Made by a program: the position numbers and the translations under genes. From positions 1-35,993 of IMG/VR virus record IMGVR_UViG_3300031452_000013: DNA of 35,993 bases; one strand, given 5' to 3'. Positions within the stretch are counted from its first letter, which is position 1, and the number at the start of each line of letters is the position of its first letter. Source of the stretch: a virus. Lineage: Duplodnaviria; Caudoviricetes. The notes beneath the pieces were generated by a model, which saw nothing but the letters and a program-made list of their open reading frames with translations, was not told where the DNA came from and did not search any database. Below are positions 14,895 through 24,121 of the stretch, in pieces.

Positions 14895-16305
14895 TACCCC
14901 GCCCTTCTTCGACGGCTCCCTCGGCGGTGACGCCGTCGACCTTGCCGACTACGCAGGGCTGCACCTGGATCCTTGGGAAGCGGACGTGCTGCGGGACTCG
15001 CTGAACCGGCGGGTCGGCGGCAAGTGGGCGGCGCTGGAAGTCGGACTGGTCGTCCCGCGGCAGAACGGGAAGGGGTCGATTATTGAGGCCCGCCAGCTCG
15101 CGTCCCTGTTCCTGACGAGGGATGCGCAGTCGATCTACTCGGCCCATCAGTTCAAGACCGGCAAGGCGATGTTCCGGCGCATCAAGCAGTTGGTGAGGCA
15201 GACCCCTGAGCTGCACAAGCTGACTGACGGTAAGCACGACAGCTCGGGCAAACCGACCGGCGGCATGTACCGGCAGAGCAACGAAGAGACCGGCATCGAG
15301 CTGCTCACCGGTGAGCGGCTGAACTTCTTCGCGCGCTCCGGTGGATCCGGTCGTGGTTTCACCGGGGATACCATGATCTTCGACGAGGCCTACGACCTCG
15401 ACCCGGACATGATCGCCGACCTGCTACCCACGCTGAGCGCGGTGAGCAACCCACAGGTCTGGTACGTGTCGAGCGCCGGCATGGACTCCTCCGAGCAGTT
15501 GGCCGCCATCCGAGAGCGTGGCATCGCCGGGAACGAGCCGCGGCTGATGTACCGGGAGTGGTCGGCACCGGACGACGCGGACAGCGACGACGAGGCGGTG
15601 CTGCTCGCCTCGAACCCGGGGATCGAGTGCGGCCGGTTGGGGCTGGACTTCATCCAGCTGGTGGAGCGCCCGGGTATGACCGAGGACCGCTTCCGCCGGG
15701 AGCGTCTGGGGATCTGGCGTCCGCCCGCCACGGTCGAGGTGGCAATTTCGGCCAACGACTGGGACGCGCAGAAGGATCTGGACAGCCGACTGCACAGCCG
15801 CATGGTGTTCGCCGTGGACATGACGGGTGACCGCTCGACCACGGCCATTTCGGTGGCGGGGCTCCGCGAGGACGGCGCCTATCACGTGGAGGTCGTCGAG
15901 TATCGGCCGAACACCGACTCGTCGTGGGTGGTTCCGTGGTTGGTGGAGCGGAAGGCGGCGTGGAACCCGCTGGGCATCGTGATCCGCCCGGGCTCGCCCG
16001 CAGGATCGTTGCTGCCGGACCTCGCGGCGGTGGGGATCGAAGCCATGCAACCGGGGACGACGGCGGTGGTGCAGGGCTGCGGCGCCCTCTATGACGCGGT
16101 GATGGGCCACAAGCTGTGGCACATCGACCAGCAGCCTCTCACTGTTGCGGTGGGCCGGGCGACGACCAAGTCGATGGCCGGTGCCTGGGCGTGGGATTAC
16201 ACCAGCGGAGTGGACATCACCCCGTTGGTTTCGGTGACGCTCGCACTCTGGGGGTATTCGGTGAAAGCGTCCGAAGTCAAAGACGTCGCGGCGTCCGTGT
16301 GGTGA
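14839..16305 (+). CDS. terL: Terminase large subunit
   Basis: Walker A VPRQNGKG, Walker B MIFDEA, SSAG motif, F.RERLG.W, nuclease FAVD, DITPLV. Confidence 0.96.
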   Translation: MTSSLLARPTDSRTPRLASTPPFFDGSLGGDAVDLADYAGLHLDPWEADVLRDSLNRRVGGKWAALEVGLVVPRQNGKGSIIEARQLASLFLTRDAQSIYSAHQFKTGKAMFRRIKQLVRQTPELHKLTDGKHDSSGKPTGGMYRQSNEETGIELLTGERLNFFARSGGSGRGFTGDTMIFDEAYDLDPDMIADLLPTLSAVSNPQVWYVSSAGMDSSEQLAAIRERGIAGNEPRLMYREWSAPDDADSDDEAVLLASNPGIECGRLGLDFIQLVERPGMTEDRFRRERLGIWRPPATVEVAISANDWDAQKDLDSRLHSRMVFAVDMTGDRSTTAISVAGLREDGAYHVEVVEYRPNTDSSWVVPWLVERKAAWNPLGIVIRPGSPAGSLLPDLAAVGIEAMQPGTTAVVQGCGALYDAVMGHKLWHIDQQPLTVAVGRATTKSMAGAWAWDYTSGVDITPLVSVTLALWGYSVKASEVKDVAASVW

Positions 16306-16331
16306 GGCGGGTCAAAGAGGGAGCCGTCACG

Positions 16332-16499
16332 GTGTTGGTGGCGTTCCTGGCCTTCTTCGTCCTCCGCGGCCGGGTCGCCCTCGCGGTGGTGGCGTGCGCG
16401 CTGATCACCGCCGGGGTTGCGCTGTGGTCCGTCCCGGCCGCCCTGATCACCGCTGGTGCCCTGCTACTCGCCGACCGACTGACCGACCCGAGGAGGTAA
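16332..16499 (+). CDS. Small membrane protein between terL and portal
   Basis: GAGGGAG RBS; very hydrophobic; GVALWSVPAALITAG motif typical of this position. Confidence 0.7.
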   Translation: MLVAFLAFFVLRGRVALAVVACALITAGVALWSVPAALITAGALLLADRLTDPRR

Positions 16500-16503
16500 C
16501 CCG

Positions 16504-17781
16504 GTGGGAATCCTCTTCGGTGGTGGTGTTCGCGAGAAACGCGCCGCAGGTGGGTGGACCGGCGAGCCGATCATCTCCCCGATCCGCGGCACCGACGTCA
16601 ACGGTGCGACGAACGTGGCGAGTAACCCGGACCAGGCCCTGCAGGTGTCCACCGTGTGGGCGTGCGTGTCGCTGATCGCCCGCAGCGTGTCGATGCTGCC
16701 GTTGGAAACGTTCCGCATGCAGGGTGACATTCACACTCGGATCACGGACCCGAAACTGGTCACCACACCGAGCCCGGGGATGACGCAATCCGAGTGGCTG
16801 CACATGCTGGTGGTTTCACTGTGTATGCGCGGCAACGCTTTCGGCGAGATCACCGACCGCGATGGCAACGGCAACGCCACGCAGGTCAGCATCCTCAACC
16901 CGGACGCGGTCAACGCCGACGTAGACCCCGACACCGGCGATCTGGTCTACAAGTACGGCGCGAAGCAGCGGGTGATCCCGCCACAGAACATGTGGCACAT
17001 GCGCGGCTTCACCCTGCCGGGCCGCAAGGTCGGCTTGTCGCCCATCGCCTACGCCGCGGCCACCATCGACATCGACATCAGTTCGAGGAAGTTCGCCGGC
17101 GACTTCTTCCACGGCGGGGGTATCCCGAAGGCAATCCTGACGTCGGACCAGGAGATCAACCAGACGCAGGCCACCACCATCAAGGAACGTCTGCTCGCGG
17201 CCACCCGCAACCGGGAGCCGATCGTGCTCGGCGCCGGCCTCGATTATCACGCGCTGGGGGTGACCCCGAACGAGTCGCAGTTCCTGGAGACGCAGCGCGC
17301 CAACGTACCGCAGATCGCCCGTTATTTCGGGTTGGACCCGGAAATGGTGGGCGGCTCTTCGGGGGGGTCACTGACCTACGCCAGTGTGGAGATGCGGGGC
17401 ATTTCGTTCCTGACCTACTCCCTGTCGTGGTGGCTCAAGCGCATCGAGGACGCCATGTTCCCGCTGATGCCGCAGGCCGCGTTCGTCAAGTTCGACACCG
17501 AAGCGCTGCTGCGCACCGACGCGGAGACCTCGGCCAAGACCACGGTCCAGTACCTGGCGGGCAAGGTCATCACCCCGACCGAGGCCAGGGCGAAGCGGAA
17601 CATGGCGCCGATGACGCTGGACCAGCGCAAGGAATCCAACATGGTCCCGCTGTCCATCACCCCGTTGGGCGCCGCGAAGGCCGAGCCGAACCTCAAAGAG
17701 CTGCCGTACGGGGTCCCGCCGATGCCGGCGCCGTCCGCTGAGCCTGTCGACAACGAAGGAGCCCCCGCCAGTGTTCTCTGA
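16504..17781 (+). CDS. HK97-family portal protein
   Basis: VWACVSLIA..VS.LP, RGNAF, GLSPI, SQFLETQ...IARYFG, LLRTD, TPTEAR. Confidence 0.96.
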   Translation: MGILFGGGVREKRAAGGWTGEPIISPIRGTDVNGATNVASNPDQALQVSTVWACVSLIARSVSMLPLETFRMQGDIHTRITDPKLVTTPSPGMTQSEWLHMLVVSLCMRGNAFGEITDRDGNGNATQVSILNPDAVNADVDPDTGDLVYKYGAKQRVIPPQNMWHMRGFTLPGRKVGLSPIAYAAATIDIDISSRKFAGDFFHGGGIPKAILTSDQEINQTQATTIKERLLAATRNREPIVLGAGLDYHALGVTPNESQFLETQRANVPQIARYFGLDPEMVGGSSGGSLTYASVEMRGISFLTYSLSWWLKRIEDAMFPLMPQAAFVKFDTEALLRTDAETSAKTTVQYLAGKVITPTEARAKRNMAPMTLDQRKESNMVPLSITPLGAAKAEPNLKELPYGVPPMPAPSAEPVDNEGAPASVL

Positions 17782-18556
17782 CATCGCGAGCCGAGGTGCC
17801 CTCACCGGGGCACCGGAATCCCGGTCGTACCCCGCAAAGTTCGAGGTGCGAAGCGCGGGTGGTAGCAAGGTCGAGCTGCGCGGCTACGCCAGCACCACCG
17901 AGCAGCCCTACCCGATGTTCGACATGTTCGGCGAGTACTCGGAGGTTGTCCGCAAGGGTGCGTTCGCTCGGACGACGCAGGTCGGTATGGCCGACGTGGC
18001 CTACCTGAGCAATCACGAGGGCCTCACCATGGCCCGCACCGCGTCGGGAACACTGACACTGAAAGAGGACGATACCGGCCTGTGGGCGGTGGCCACGGTC
18101 AACACGGCCCGCAGCGACGTCCGCGACCTCGTGACGGCCATCGAGGATGGCGACGTGGACCAGATGAGCTTCGGGTTCCGCGTCGTGCGCCAGGAGTGGT
18201 CGCCGAACTACGAGGAACGCGCCCTGCTGGAGCTGAACCTGGACCGGGGCGACGTGTCGGCGGTGAACTTCGGCGCGAACCCGGCGACCAGCGTCTCTGC
18301 CGTGCGCGCGTTCCGTTCGATGAAGCCCGCGAAGCTGCAGCGCATGGCCATCGACATTCGCGAGGGCAACACCCTGGACACGGCCACCCTCGAAACCTTG
18401 TCCCGCATGGTCGCAGCGCTCGCCACGGACGAGGAAGCCCGCTCCGTGGCGCCGAAGCCGGCCGATGGTGACGCCGCCGAGGTGCTGCAGGCGGCTGCCT
18501 ACGTCGAGACGTTGCGGCTGCTCCACGAGCACGACCAGGAGTCGCGCGCGTCCTGA
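17771..18556 (+). CDS. HK97-family prohead protease
   Basis: GYAS, E.V.KGAF, NHEG..MART, L.ED.TGL, GDVDQMSFGF, DVSAVNFGANPAT. Confidence 0.95.
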   Translation: MFSDIASRGALTGAPESRSYPAKFEVRSAGGSKVELRGYASTTEQPYPMFDMFGEYSEVVRKGAFARTTQVGMADVAYLSNHEGLTMARTASGTLTLKEDDTGLWAVATVNTARSDVRDLVTAIEDGDVDQMSFGFRVVRQEWSPNYEERALLELNLDRGDVSAVNFGANPATSVSAVRAFRSMKPAKLQRMAIDIREGNTLDTATLETLSRMVAALATDEEARSVAPKPADGDAAEVLQAAAYVETLRLLHEHDQESRAS

Positions 18557-18714
18557 TCTCTACACCCATTCTTCCGCCCAGCCCGATGCTGCGCGGATCG
18601 CTGTGCTGCTCGCACGCCGGAACCCTGCGCCGGAGCTCCTCCACCCGGGGTCACCACCTGAGACGCCATCACGGCATGTCCCTTTGCACTTTCTCGTCCT
18701 GAAAGGACATCGCT

Positions 18715-20172
18715 ATGAATGCTCGAAACCTGATCGGATACCGCCGCAGTGGCGCCCCGATCTACCTGTGCGCTGGTGGCGCCCCCACCCCGCAGGAAAT
18801 CATCGAAGCTCGCCTCGCCGAGCTCCGCACACAGATCAGCACCGCCGCGGAAGCCCGCGGCGCCCTCCTCGAAGCTGCCGCCGGTGAGAAGCGCGGCCTC
18901 ACCGAGGAGGAGAAGGTCTCCCACGCCGACTACGGCGCCACCCTGGCCACCCTGGGTGAGCAGGTAAAGCCTCTGGAGGAGCGACTCACCGAGATCGCCG
19001 ACCTGGAGCGCCGCCAAGCCCTCGACAACGCCGCCCACGCCAACTCGGGCATTCCCGAGGGTGGGGCGCAGGTCACCGAGCCGGCCGTCTACCGCCGCAA
19101 CGACATCAACGGGCCATCGTTCTTCCGCGACATCTCGGAGGTCAGGTTCAAGGAAAACGCCTTCGAGGCCAAGGATCGGCTGCAGCGGCACTCGCTGGCC
19201 ATGGCCGCCGAGCAGCGCGCCCTGGGCAACACCGGCAACACCGGCGGTTCTGGTGGAGAATTCGCGCCGCCGAAGTGGATGGTCGAGGACTACATCAAGC
19301 TGGCCCGCCCGGGTCGGGTTGTCGCGGACCTGTTCAAGCACCAAGACGTGCCCATGGGCGTGTCGAGCGTGGACTACCCAAAGATCGCGACCGGGACCAC
19401 AGTGGCCCCGCAGACCACGCAGAACTCGGCGCTGTCTCAGACCGACCTCACCACCACGTTCGTCTCGACCGGGTTCACCACGGTCGGCGGCAAGGAGGTC
19501 GTGTCCCAGCAGCTTTTGGACCAGTCGGCGATCAACTTCGACGACGTGATCACCGGTGACCTGATCGCGGCCTACGCGCAGCAGGTCGGTGCGCAGGTGC
19601 TCAACGGTGCAGGTGTGGGCGCCAGCAACAACGGGGTCGTCAACGGTCTGAACAACGCCACAGTGGCGAACACCCTCGCGGTGACCGCTCAGACAGCGCT
19701 GAACTTCTACTCGAAGAGCCTCGGCTTGCTCGCCGGGTTCGCGACGACCCGTTTCCTGCCCGCCACCTGCTGGCTGATGCACCCCCGGCGCTGGTACTGG
19801 CTGATGAACCAGTTCGACGCGCAGAACCGCCCCTTGGTAGTTCCGAACGCGGTGGCCTACAACCCCATCGCTCAGACCGACGACCCGTCCGTGGTCGCCG
19901 GACACGCAGGAACTTTCCTGGGACTGCCGGTGCACATCGACCCGAACATGGGCGTGACCTTCGGTGCAGCCAACAACGAGGACCGGGTCTACCTGCTCAA
20001 GCAGGACGACCTGTTGCTGTTCGAGTCCAGTTTTCGCATCGAAATGTTCCGGGAGCCGTACGCCGACTCGATGGGTGTTTTGTACCGTTTGTACAGCTAC
20101 CTCGGGACCATCCTGAACCGCCAGGTGGCCTCGATCGGGACACTTTCCGGATTGACGCCACCCGCGTTTTGA
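18715..20172 (+). CDS. HK97-fold major capsid protein with N-terminal delta domain
   Basis: AAAGGA RBS; coiled-coil N-terminus; GGEFAPP.W, P.I.TGT, VSQQLLDQS, WLMHPRRW, GLPV..DPN. Confidence 0.95.
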   Translation: MNARNLIGYRRSGAPIYLCAGGAPTPQEIIEARLAELRTQISTAAEARGALLEAAAGEKRGLTEEEKVSHADYGATLATLGEQVKPLEERLTEIADLERRQALDNAAHANSGIPEGGAQVTEPAVYRRNDINGPSFFRDISEVRFKENAFEAKDRLQRHSLAMAAEQRALGNTGNTGGSGGEFAPPKWMVEDYIKLARPGRVVADLFKHQDVPMGVSSVDYPKIATGTTVAPQTTQNSALSQTDLTTTFVSTGFTTVGGKEVVSQQLLDQSAINFDDVITGDLIAAYAQQVGAQVLNGAGVGASNNGVVNGLNNATVANTLAVTAQTALNFYSKSLGLLAGFATTRFLPATCWLMHPRRWYWLMNQFDAQNRPLVVPNAVAYNPIAQTDDPSVVAGHAGTFLGLPVHIDPNMGVTFGAANNEDRVYLLKQDDLLLFESSFRIEMFREPYADSMGVLYRLYSYLGTILNRQVASIGTLSGLTPPAF

Positions 20173-20190
20173 TCGGTCTGATCTCGGTCT

Positions 20191-20223
20191 GAGTCCTGGG
20201 GCATGACTTCCTAAACTGCCCCA
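20191..20223 (+). promoter_or_regulatory. Predicted H-type RNA pseudoknot between capsid and the next gene
   Basis: S1 GAGUC/GACUU, S2 UGGGGCA/UGCCCCA, loops of 1, 1 and 7 nt (CCUAAAC). Confidence 0.55.
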
Positions 20224-20252
20224 CCCCTACTGCACGAGAAGGAGCTTTACAG

Positions 20253-20648
20253 ATGGCTGTATACGACTCGCCGGCACTACCGGCGCAGGCCGCGGCAGGC
20301 GCCGACGCGAACGTCGTCGTCGCCACGGTCGAGCCCGCTGACGGGCAGGGCCAGGGCGTGGGCAATATCGTCGTGACCCCACCAGCCGGGTTCGTCACGG
20401 TGACGGGTGTCACAACGAACAACGCCACCCTCAGCCTGCGCCAACTCCGCGGCGGCGCGGTGGTGGCCACGTTCGCCAGTCTCACCCTGAACCCGGGTAC
20501 CAACCTGGTCGCGGAGACTCCGCTGTCCGTCCCGGTCACCGCACCGCCGAACCTGCAGACCAATGACGTCATCGACGCCGTTCTGCACCAGAACGGCACC
20601 GGCCTCGCTGTTGGCGCGGGCGTCATCGTCACCATCGGCATCAACTAG
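20253..20648 (+). CDS. Putative capsid decoration/head-associated protein
   Basis: AAGGAG RBS; beta-rich A/V/T/G composition; directly after capsid. Confidence 0.65.
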   Translation: MAVYDSPALPAQAAAGADANVVVATVEPADGQGQGVGNIVVTPPAGFVTVTGVTTNNATLSLRQLRGGAVVATFASLTLNPGTNLVAETPLSVPVTAPPNLQTNDVIDAVLHQNGTGLAVGAGVIVTIGIN

Positions 20649-20667
20649 CTCGAAGGAGTACAGGATC

Positions 20668-21036
20668 ATGGCTGAAGATTACTTCAAGGGCGGCGAGCAC
20701 GAAGGCCGTCTGGCCCGCGACGCTGCGGATGCCCGCAAGCTGCACCACCTGGCCTCGGCTGACCCCGAGCCGGAGCGTGGCGACGGCTCGCTGACCGGAC
20801 CGGCGCACGAGGAGAAGTACGGCCTCGAACGCGCCGAAGCGTCCGCGCAGGCGTGGCGGGACCGGGGTGTGCACCCCACCGAGAACCGGGCCCTGGTGGA
20901 CGACGAGGACGGCGCGGAGAACCTCCGCGGCGCCGAGGTGCCGGGCGTGTTGGAAACGGCCGCGGCGGCGAAGCCCGCTGAGACGGCAGACGCACCTCGC
21001 CCGGCCTCTGCGGCGACCGCACCGAGCGCGTCCTGA
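20668..21036 (+). CDS. Hypothetical head-region protein
   Basis: AAGGAG RBS; MAEDYFKGG...; Ala/Pro-rich tail with ETAA..P.ETA. Confidence 0.7.
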   Translation: MAEDYFKGGEHEGRLARDAADARKLHHLASADPEPERGDGSLTGPAHEEKYGLERAEASAQAWRDRGVHPTENRALVDDEDGAENLRGAEVPGVLETAAAAKPAETADAPRPASAATAPSAS

Positions 21037-21038
21037 TC

Positions 21039-21084
21039 GCGCAGCACAGGGGGGTGGTTGAGAGGTCACCCCCCTGTGCTGCGC
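21039..21084 (+). terminator. Long perfect hairpin (terminator-like, no U-tract)
   Basis: GCGCAGCACAGGGGGGTG ... CACCCCCCTGTGCTGCGC, 18 bp perfect stem. Confidence 0.7.
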
Positions 21085-21107
21085 CCCACTGAACAGAGGG
21101 AGTCCTG

Positions 21108-21707
21108 ATGCCCGATCTGGTTGACCTCGCGGCGGTCAAGGACGCCCTGAACCTCGACCAAGGCGACACCACGCACGACCCCGAGATACAGCGGTACATC
21201 GCAGCTGCGACACCGCAGATCGAGTACATCACCGGGCCGGTGCTGCCGCGGCCGGTGACCGAGACGCATCGCTGCTGGGGTTCCTCGCGGATCGTGCTGC
21301 GCCAACCACCGGTGCTGTCGGTGGACTCTGTCGTGGAGTACCTGGGGCTGTCCGCCTACGCGCTGACCGCGCAGGCGCCCGGCACCACACGCAACAACTA
21401 CGGCTACGTCATGGACTTTCCCGAGACGGGCGTCCTGCGGCGGGTGTCGTCGGTGGGCACCGAAATGTCGTTCCTGGGCAACGCCGTCGTGGTGGGCTAC
21501 ACCGCCGGGTTGGTGTCGATCCCCCCCGACATCTACCTGGCTGCGCTGGAGGACATCCGCGGTCTGTACCAGCAATCGCAGCAGGGCGGCGGCGGCCGGC
21601 GCTACGGCGGCGGCGGTGAGGACTCCTTCTCGGCCGGGCCCATTCTCCTGTTCCCGCGGGTGCAGGCGATCCTGGAGCGGGCTGTGCGCACACAGTCCAT
21701 CGGATGA
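21108..21707 (+). CDS. Head-to-tail adaptor
   Basis: LVDLAAVKDALN...D.EIQRYIAAAT..IE...G, L...PVLSV.SV, V.YTAG...P.DI..A. Confidence 0.85.
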   Translation: MPDLVDLAAVKDALNLDQGDTTHDPEIQRYIAAATPQIEYITGPVLPRPVTETHRCWGSSRIVLRQPPVLSVDSVVEYLGLSAYALTAQAPGTTRNNYGYVMDFPETGVLRRVSSVGTEMSFLGNAVVVGYTAGLVSIPPDIYLAALEDIRGLYQQSQQGGGGRRYGGGGEDSFSAGPILLFPRVQAILERAVRTQSIG

Positions 21708-22174
21708 CCGCCCCCCTCGGTACGACCACCGTGCCTGCGGCGAAGGCCTACCTGTTCACCTTGCTCAGCGCGCAGCTGGCCGGTGATGGCCGAACGAGCC
21801 TGAAGGTGTTCTACGACGACCCGGGCACCGACATTCTCGACGACATCGTGGTGGTCGGGAAGATGGCCAACCGGGTTTCGAAGCCGTACACGATGCGCGG
21901 GTCGATGACCGGTCGCGGGTCGATGTGGGAGACCTACGACCTGGAGGTCGTGGTGTCTTGTTACCGCGGTGGTGACCATCCGCAGCAGGTTTACGAGCGC
22001 GCATGGTTGCTGGCCACGCAGATCGAGTCAGCGGTCCGCGCCGACCCTTCACTGGGCGGTCTGGTGACGCTGGCCTTTCCGGCGCACTCCAGCGACGACC
22101 CGAAAGAAGAGAGCGAACAAATGGGCCGGTTGGTGGACATCACCCTCGGCATCACCATCGAGTCCGACTTCTAG
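21704..22174 (+). CDS. Tail terminator/completion-like protein
   Basis: Position; E.Y.L.V.V...RGG...YERA..L...IE.AVRADPSLGG.V. Confidence 0.65.
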   Translation: MTAPLGTTTVPAAKAYLFTLLSAQLAGDGRTSLKVFYDDPGTDILDDIVVVGKMANRVSKPYTMRGSMTGRGSMWETYDLEVVVSCYRGGDHPQQVYERAWLLATQIESAVRADPSLGGLVTLAFPAHSSDDPKEESEQMGRLVDITLGITIESDF

Positions 22175-22182
22175 GAGACGCA

Positions 22183-22515
22183 GTGAAACTCACCTACATC
22201 GGCGAGCCCGACATGGTGTACCCGACCCTCGGCCTGGAGCCAGTGCCAGGCCAGGACTACGAGCTCGACGAGGCACCCCTGGACGGCCGCTGGGCCACGG
22301 TGGGCACCGACCCAAAGCCCATTACCCCCGACAAGCCAGACCCGGCCGAGCCCGCGCAGACGGCTGGGAACACCCCGCCGCCCGCACAGGAGCCCGCCGC
22401 TCAGGCCGCGCCGCCCGCTCAGGGTGGCGCCGCTCAGGCCGCGCCGCCCTCTACTGCACCGGCTGCTGCCGATCAGCCAGTGACCACCACCGACGCAGCA
22501 ACCACGGGAGCCTGA
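22183..22515 (+). CDS. Small virion-associated protein with Pro/Ala-rich tail
   Basis: AGGAG RBS; MKLTYIGEPD.VYPTLGL; 21-bp direct repeat at 22396-22416 and 22429-22449. Confidence 0.7.
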   Translation: MKLTYIGEPDMVYPTLGLEPVPGQDYELDEAPLDGRWATVGTDPKPITPDKPDPAEPAQTAGNTPPPAQEPAAQAAPPAQGGAAQAAPPSTAPAAADQPVTTTDAATTGA

Positions 22516-22516
22516 C

Positions 22517-23476
22517 ATGCCTCTAGCCACTTACCGCACCCTTATGGGCATCGCGAAGGAAGTGACCCAAGGTGTGCCGGTCGCCCCGGTGGACTTCATT
22601 CCCGTCACCGCCGACCCGAAGCCGAACATCATGCAGACCTACCTGGCCGACAAGGGGTGGCGCGGTTCCGCCACGGCCCTGTTCGGCGAGGTGCTCGGGC
22701 AACGCAAGGCTGAGATCAGCATCGACGGCAACGTGGACCCGGCCCTCATCGGCTACCAGTTGCAGTCGGTGCTCGGCGACGTGGTGACCACCGGTGCCGC
22801 GGCGCCGTTCACACACGCCATGTCGCTGCTGAACACCGGCCAGCAGCAACCGGGTGGGTACACCATCACCGATTACGACGGCGGGCAGGCCAACCAGTAC
22901 GCCGCAGCCCGGTTCTCCGACCTCTCGATCAAGTTCACCGCGGACGGGTTGCTGTCCTACACCAGCAAGGCCACCTGCTGGGCACCGGCCGTCTACGCCA
23001 CAGCCCTGGCACCGAGCTTCTCCGCTGCGCAGCCCATCGCATCGTGGGTGGGTGTCGCGTCGATCGCCGGGGCCGGAAACACCGCCATCATCGACGGCAC
23101 CATTGACCTGAAGCGCACCGTCGAGGCCATCCAGACCGTGGACGGCAACCCGGACCCCTACAAGATGTGGTCGGGGTTGCTGGCCGTGTCCGGGAAGCTG
23201 AACCTGATCTATGAGGATCAGTCGGCGATGACCGACTACCTCACCAACGTGCAACCAGCCCTGGACCTCGTCTGGACGCAGGGCACCTCCTCGTTGCGCC
23301 TGCACATGTCCAAGGCCGCGTTCACCAAGGGTGACGTGATCCGCGGCAAGGACTACGGCACCGTCTCGGTCACGTTCGAGGCACTGGCCAACGTCACCGA
23401 CGTCGGCGCGTCCGCTGGGTTCTCCCCCATCAAGGCCACCCTGATCAACGCCAAGGCAGCCGGGACGTACGTCTGA
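22517..23476 (+). CDS. Major tail (tube) protein
   Basis: GIAKE.T.G.PVAP..FIP, D.G.RGS, G.L.VSGKL; position before the chaperone. Confidence 0.88.
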   Translation: MPLATYRTLMGIAKEVTQGVPVAPVDFIPVTADPKPNIMQTYLADKGWRGSATALFGEVLGQRKAEISIDGNVDPALIGYQLQSVLGDVVTTGAAAPFTHAMSLLNTGQQQPGGYTITDYDGGQANQYAAARFSDLSIKFTADGLLSYTSKATCWAPAVYATALAPSFSAAQPIASWVGVASIAGAGNTAIIDGTIDLKRTVEAIQTVDGNPDPYKMWSGLLAVSGKLNLIYEDQSAMTDYLTNVQPALDLVWTQGTSSLRLHMSKAAFTKGDVIRGKDYGTVSVTFEALANVTDVGASAGFSPIKATLINAKAAGTYV

Positions 23477-23910
23477 TGCGCGTCGAGTTCGACGGGGGGT
23501 GGGCGAACATCCGCGACCCCCGCAAACTGCCCGGTCGCCTCTCGGAGTCCATCGAGGACGTGCAGATCAGCCTCATGGCCACCAAGGCCGGTGAGCACCT
23601 CACCGACGAATCGAAGTCGGAGGAATTCCAGGCGCTTCCCCCGGTGCAGCAGATGCGGATCGTGGGGGTGGAGGGTTTCCAGGCGTTCCGCGAGCTGATG
23701 TACGTCACGGTGTGCGCCTACGTCACCGAGTGGGAGTACGAGGGCGTGCCCCAACCGCCCACGCGGGAGGCGTTCGCCGAGGTGCCAGCACCCGTTACCA
23801 AGACGATCTCCGACAAGATCGGGGAGGTCGTCAAGGCCACCGGCGGGACCACGGTGAACACCGAGCCGACCCCGGACATGGCGACCCCTTCGGTGCCCTC
23901 CAGCGTCTGA
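23476..23910 (+). CDS. Tail assembly chaperone (gpG-like)
   Basis: Follows tail tube; ends near a slippery CCCCTT. Confidence 0.75.
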   Translation: MRVEFDGGWANIRDPRKLPGRLSESIEDVQISLMATKAGEHLTDESKSEEFQALPPVQQMRIVGVEGFQAFRELMYVTVCAYVTEWEYEGVPQPPTREAFAEVPAPVTKTISDKIGEVVKATGGTTVNTEPTPDMATPSVPSSV

Positions 23911-24119
23911 GGCAGTCCCTGGAGGGCCACCAGATCGACGCCCGTGATCTGCCGTACTGGGTGACCCGCAGCGTCCGCCGCCGCGCTCTGTTGCTACTGG
24001 GGGTGTCCCTGAGGGAGCAGGCGGAGCTGCCCGCCCGCGAGTTGTCCGAGCTGCTCACCGTCCATGCCGTGTACGTCGCCGAAGAGAACCGGCGCAACGA
24101 GGAAGCCTCGAGGGGGTAG
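23884..24119 (+). CDS. -1 frameshift extension of the tail assembly chaperone (gpGT-like)
   Basis: ACC CCT TCG at 23884; -1 frame is open (PFGALQRLRQSLEG...LP...L..L...E..R) and lacks a good start of its own. Confidence 0.65.
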
Positions 24120-24121
24120 CC

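Noticed and set aside
20160-20260. Capsid read-through or frameshift fusion to the downstream gene at GCG TTT TGA
   Set aside because: The 0, -1 and +1 frames all meet TGA stops before 20253
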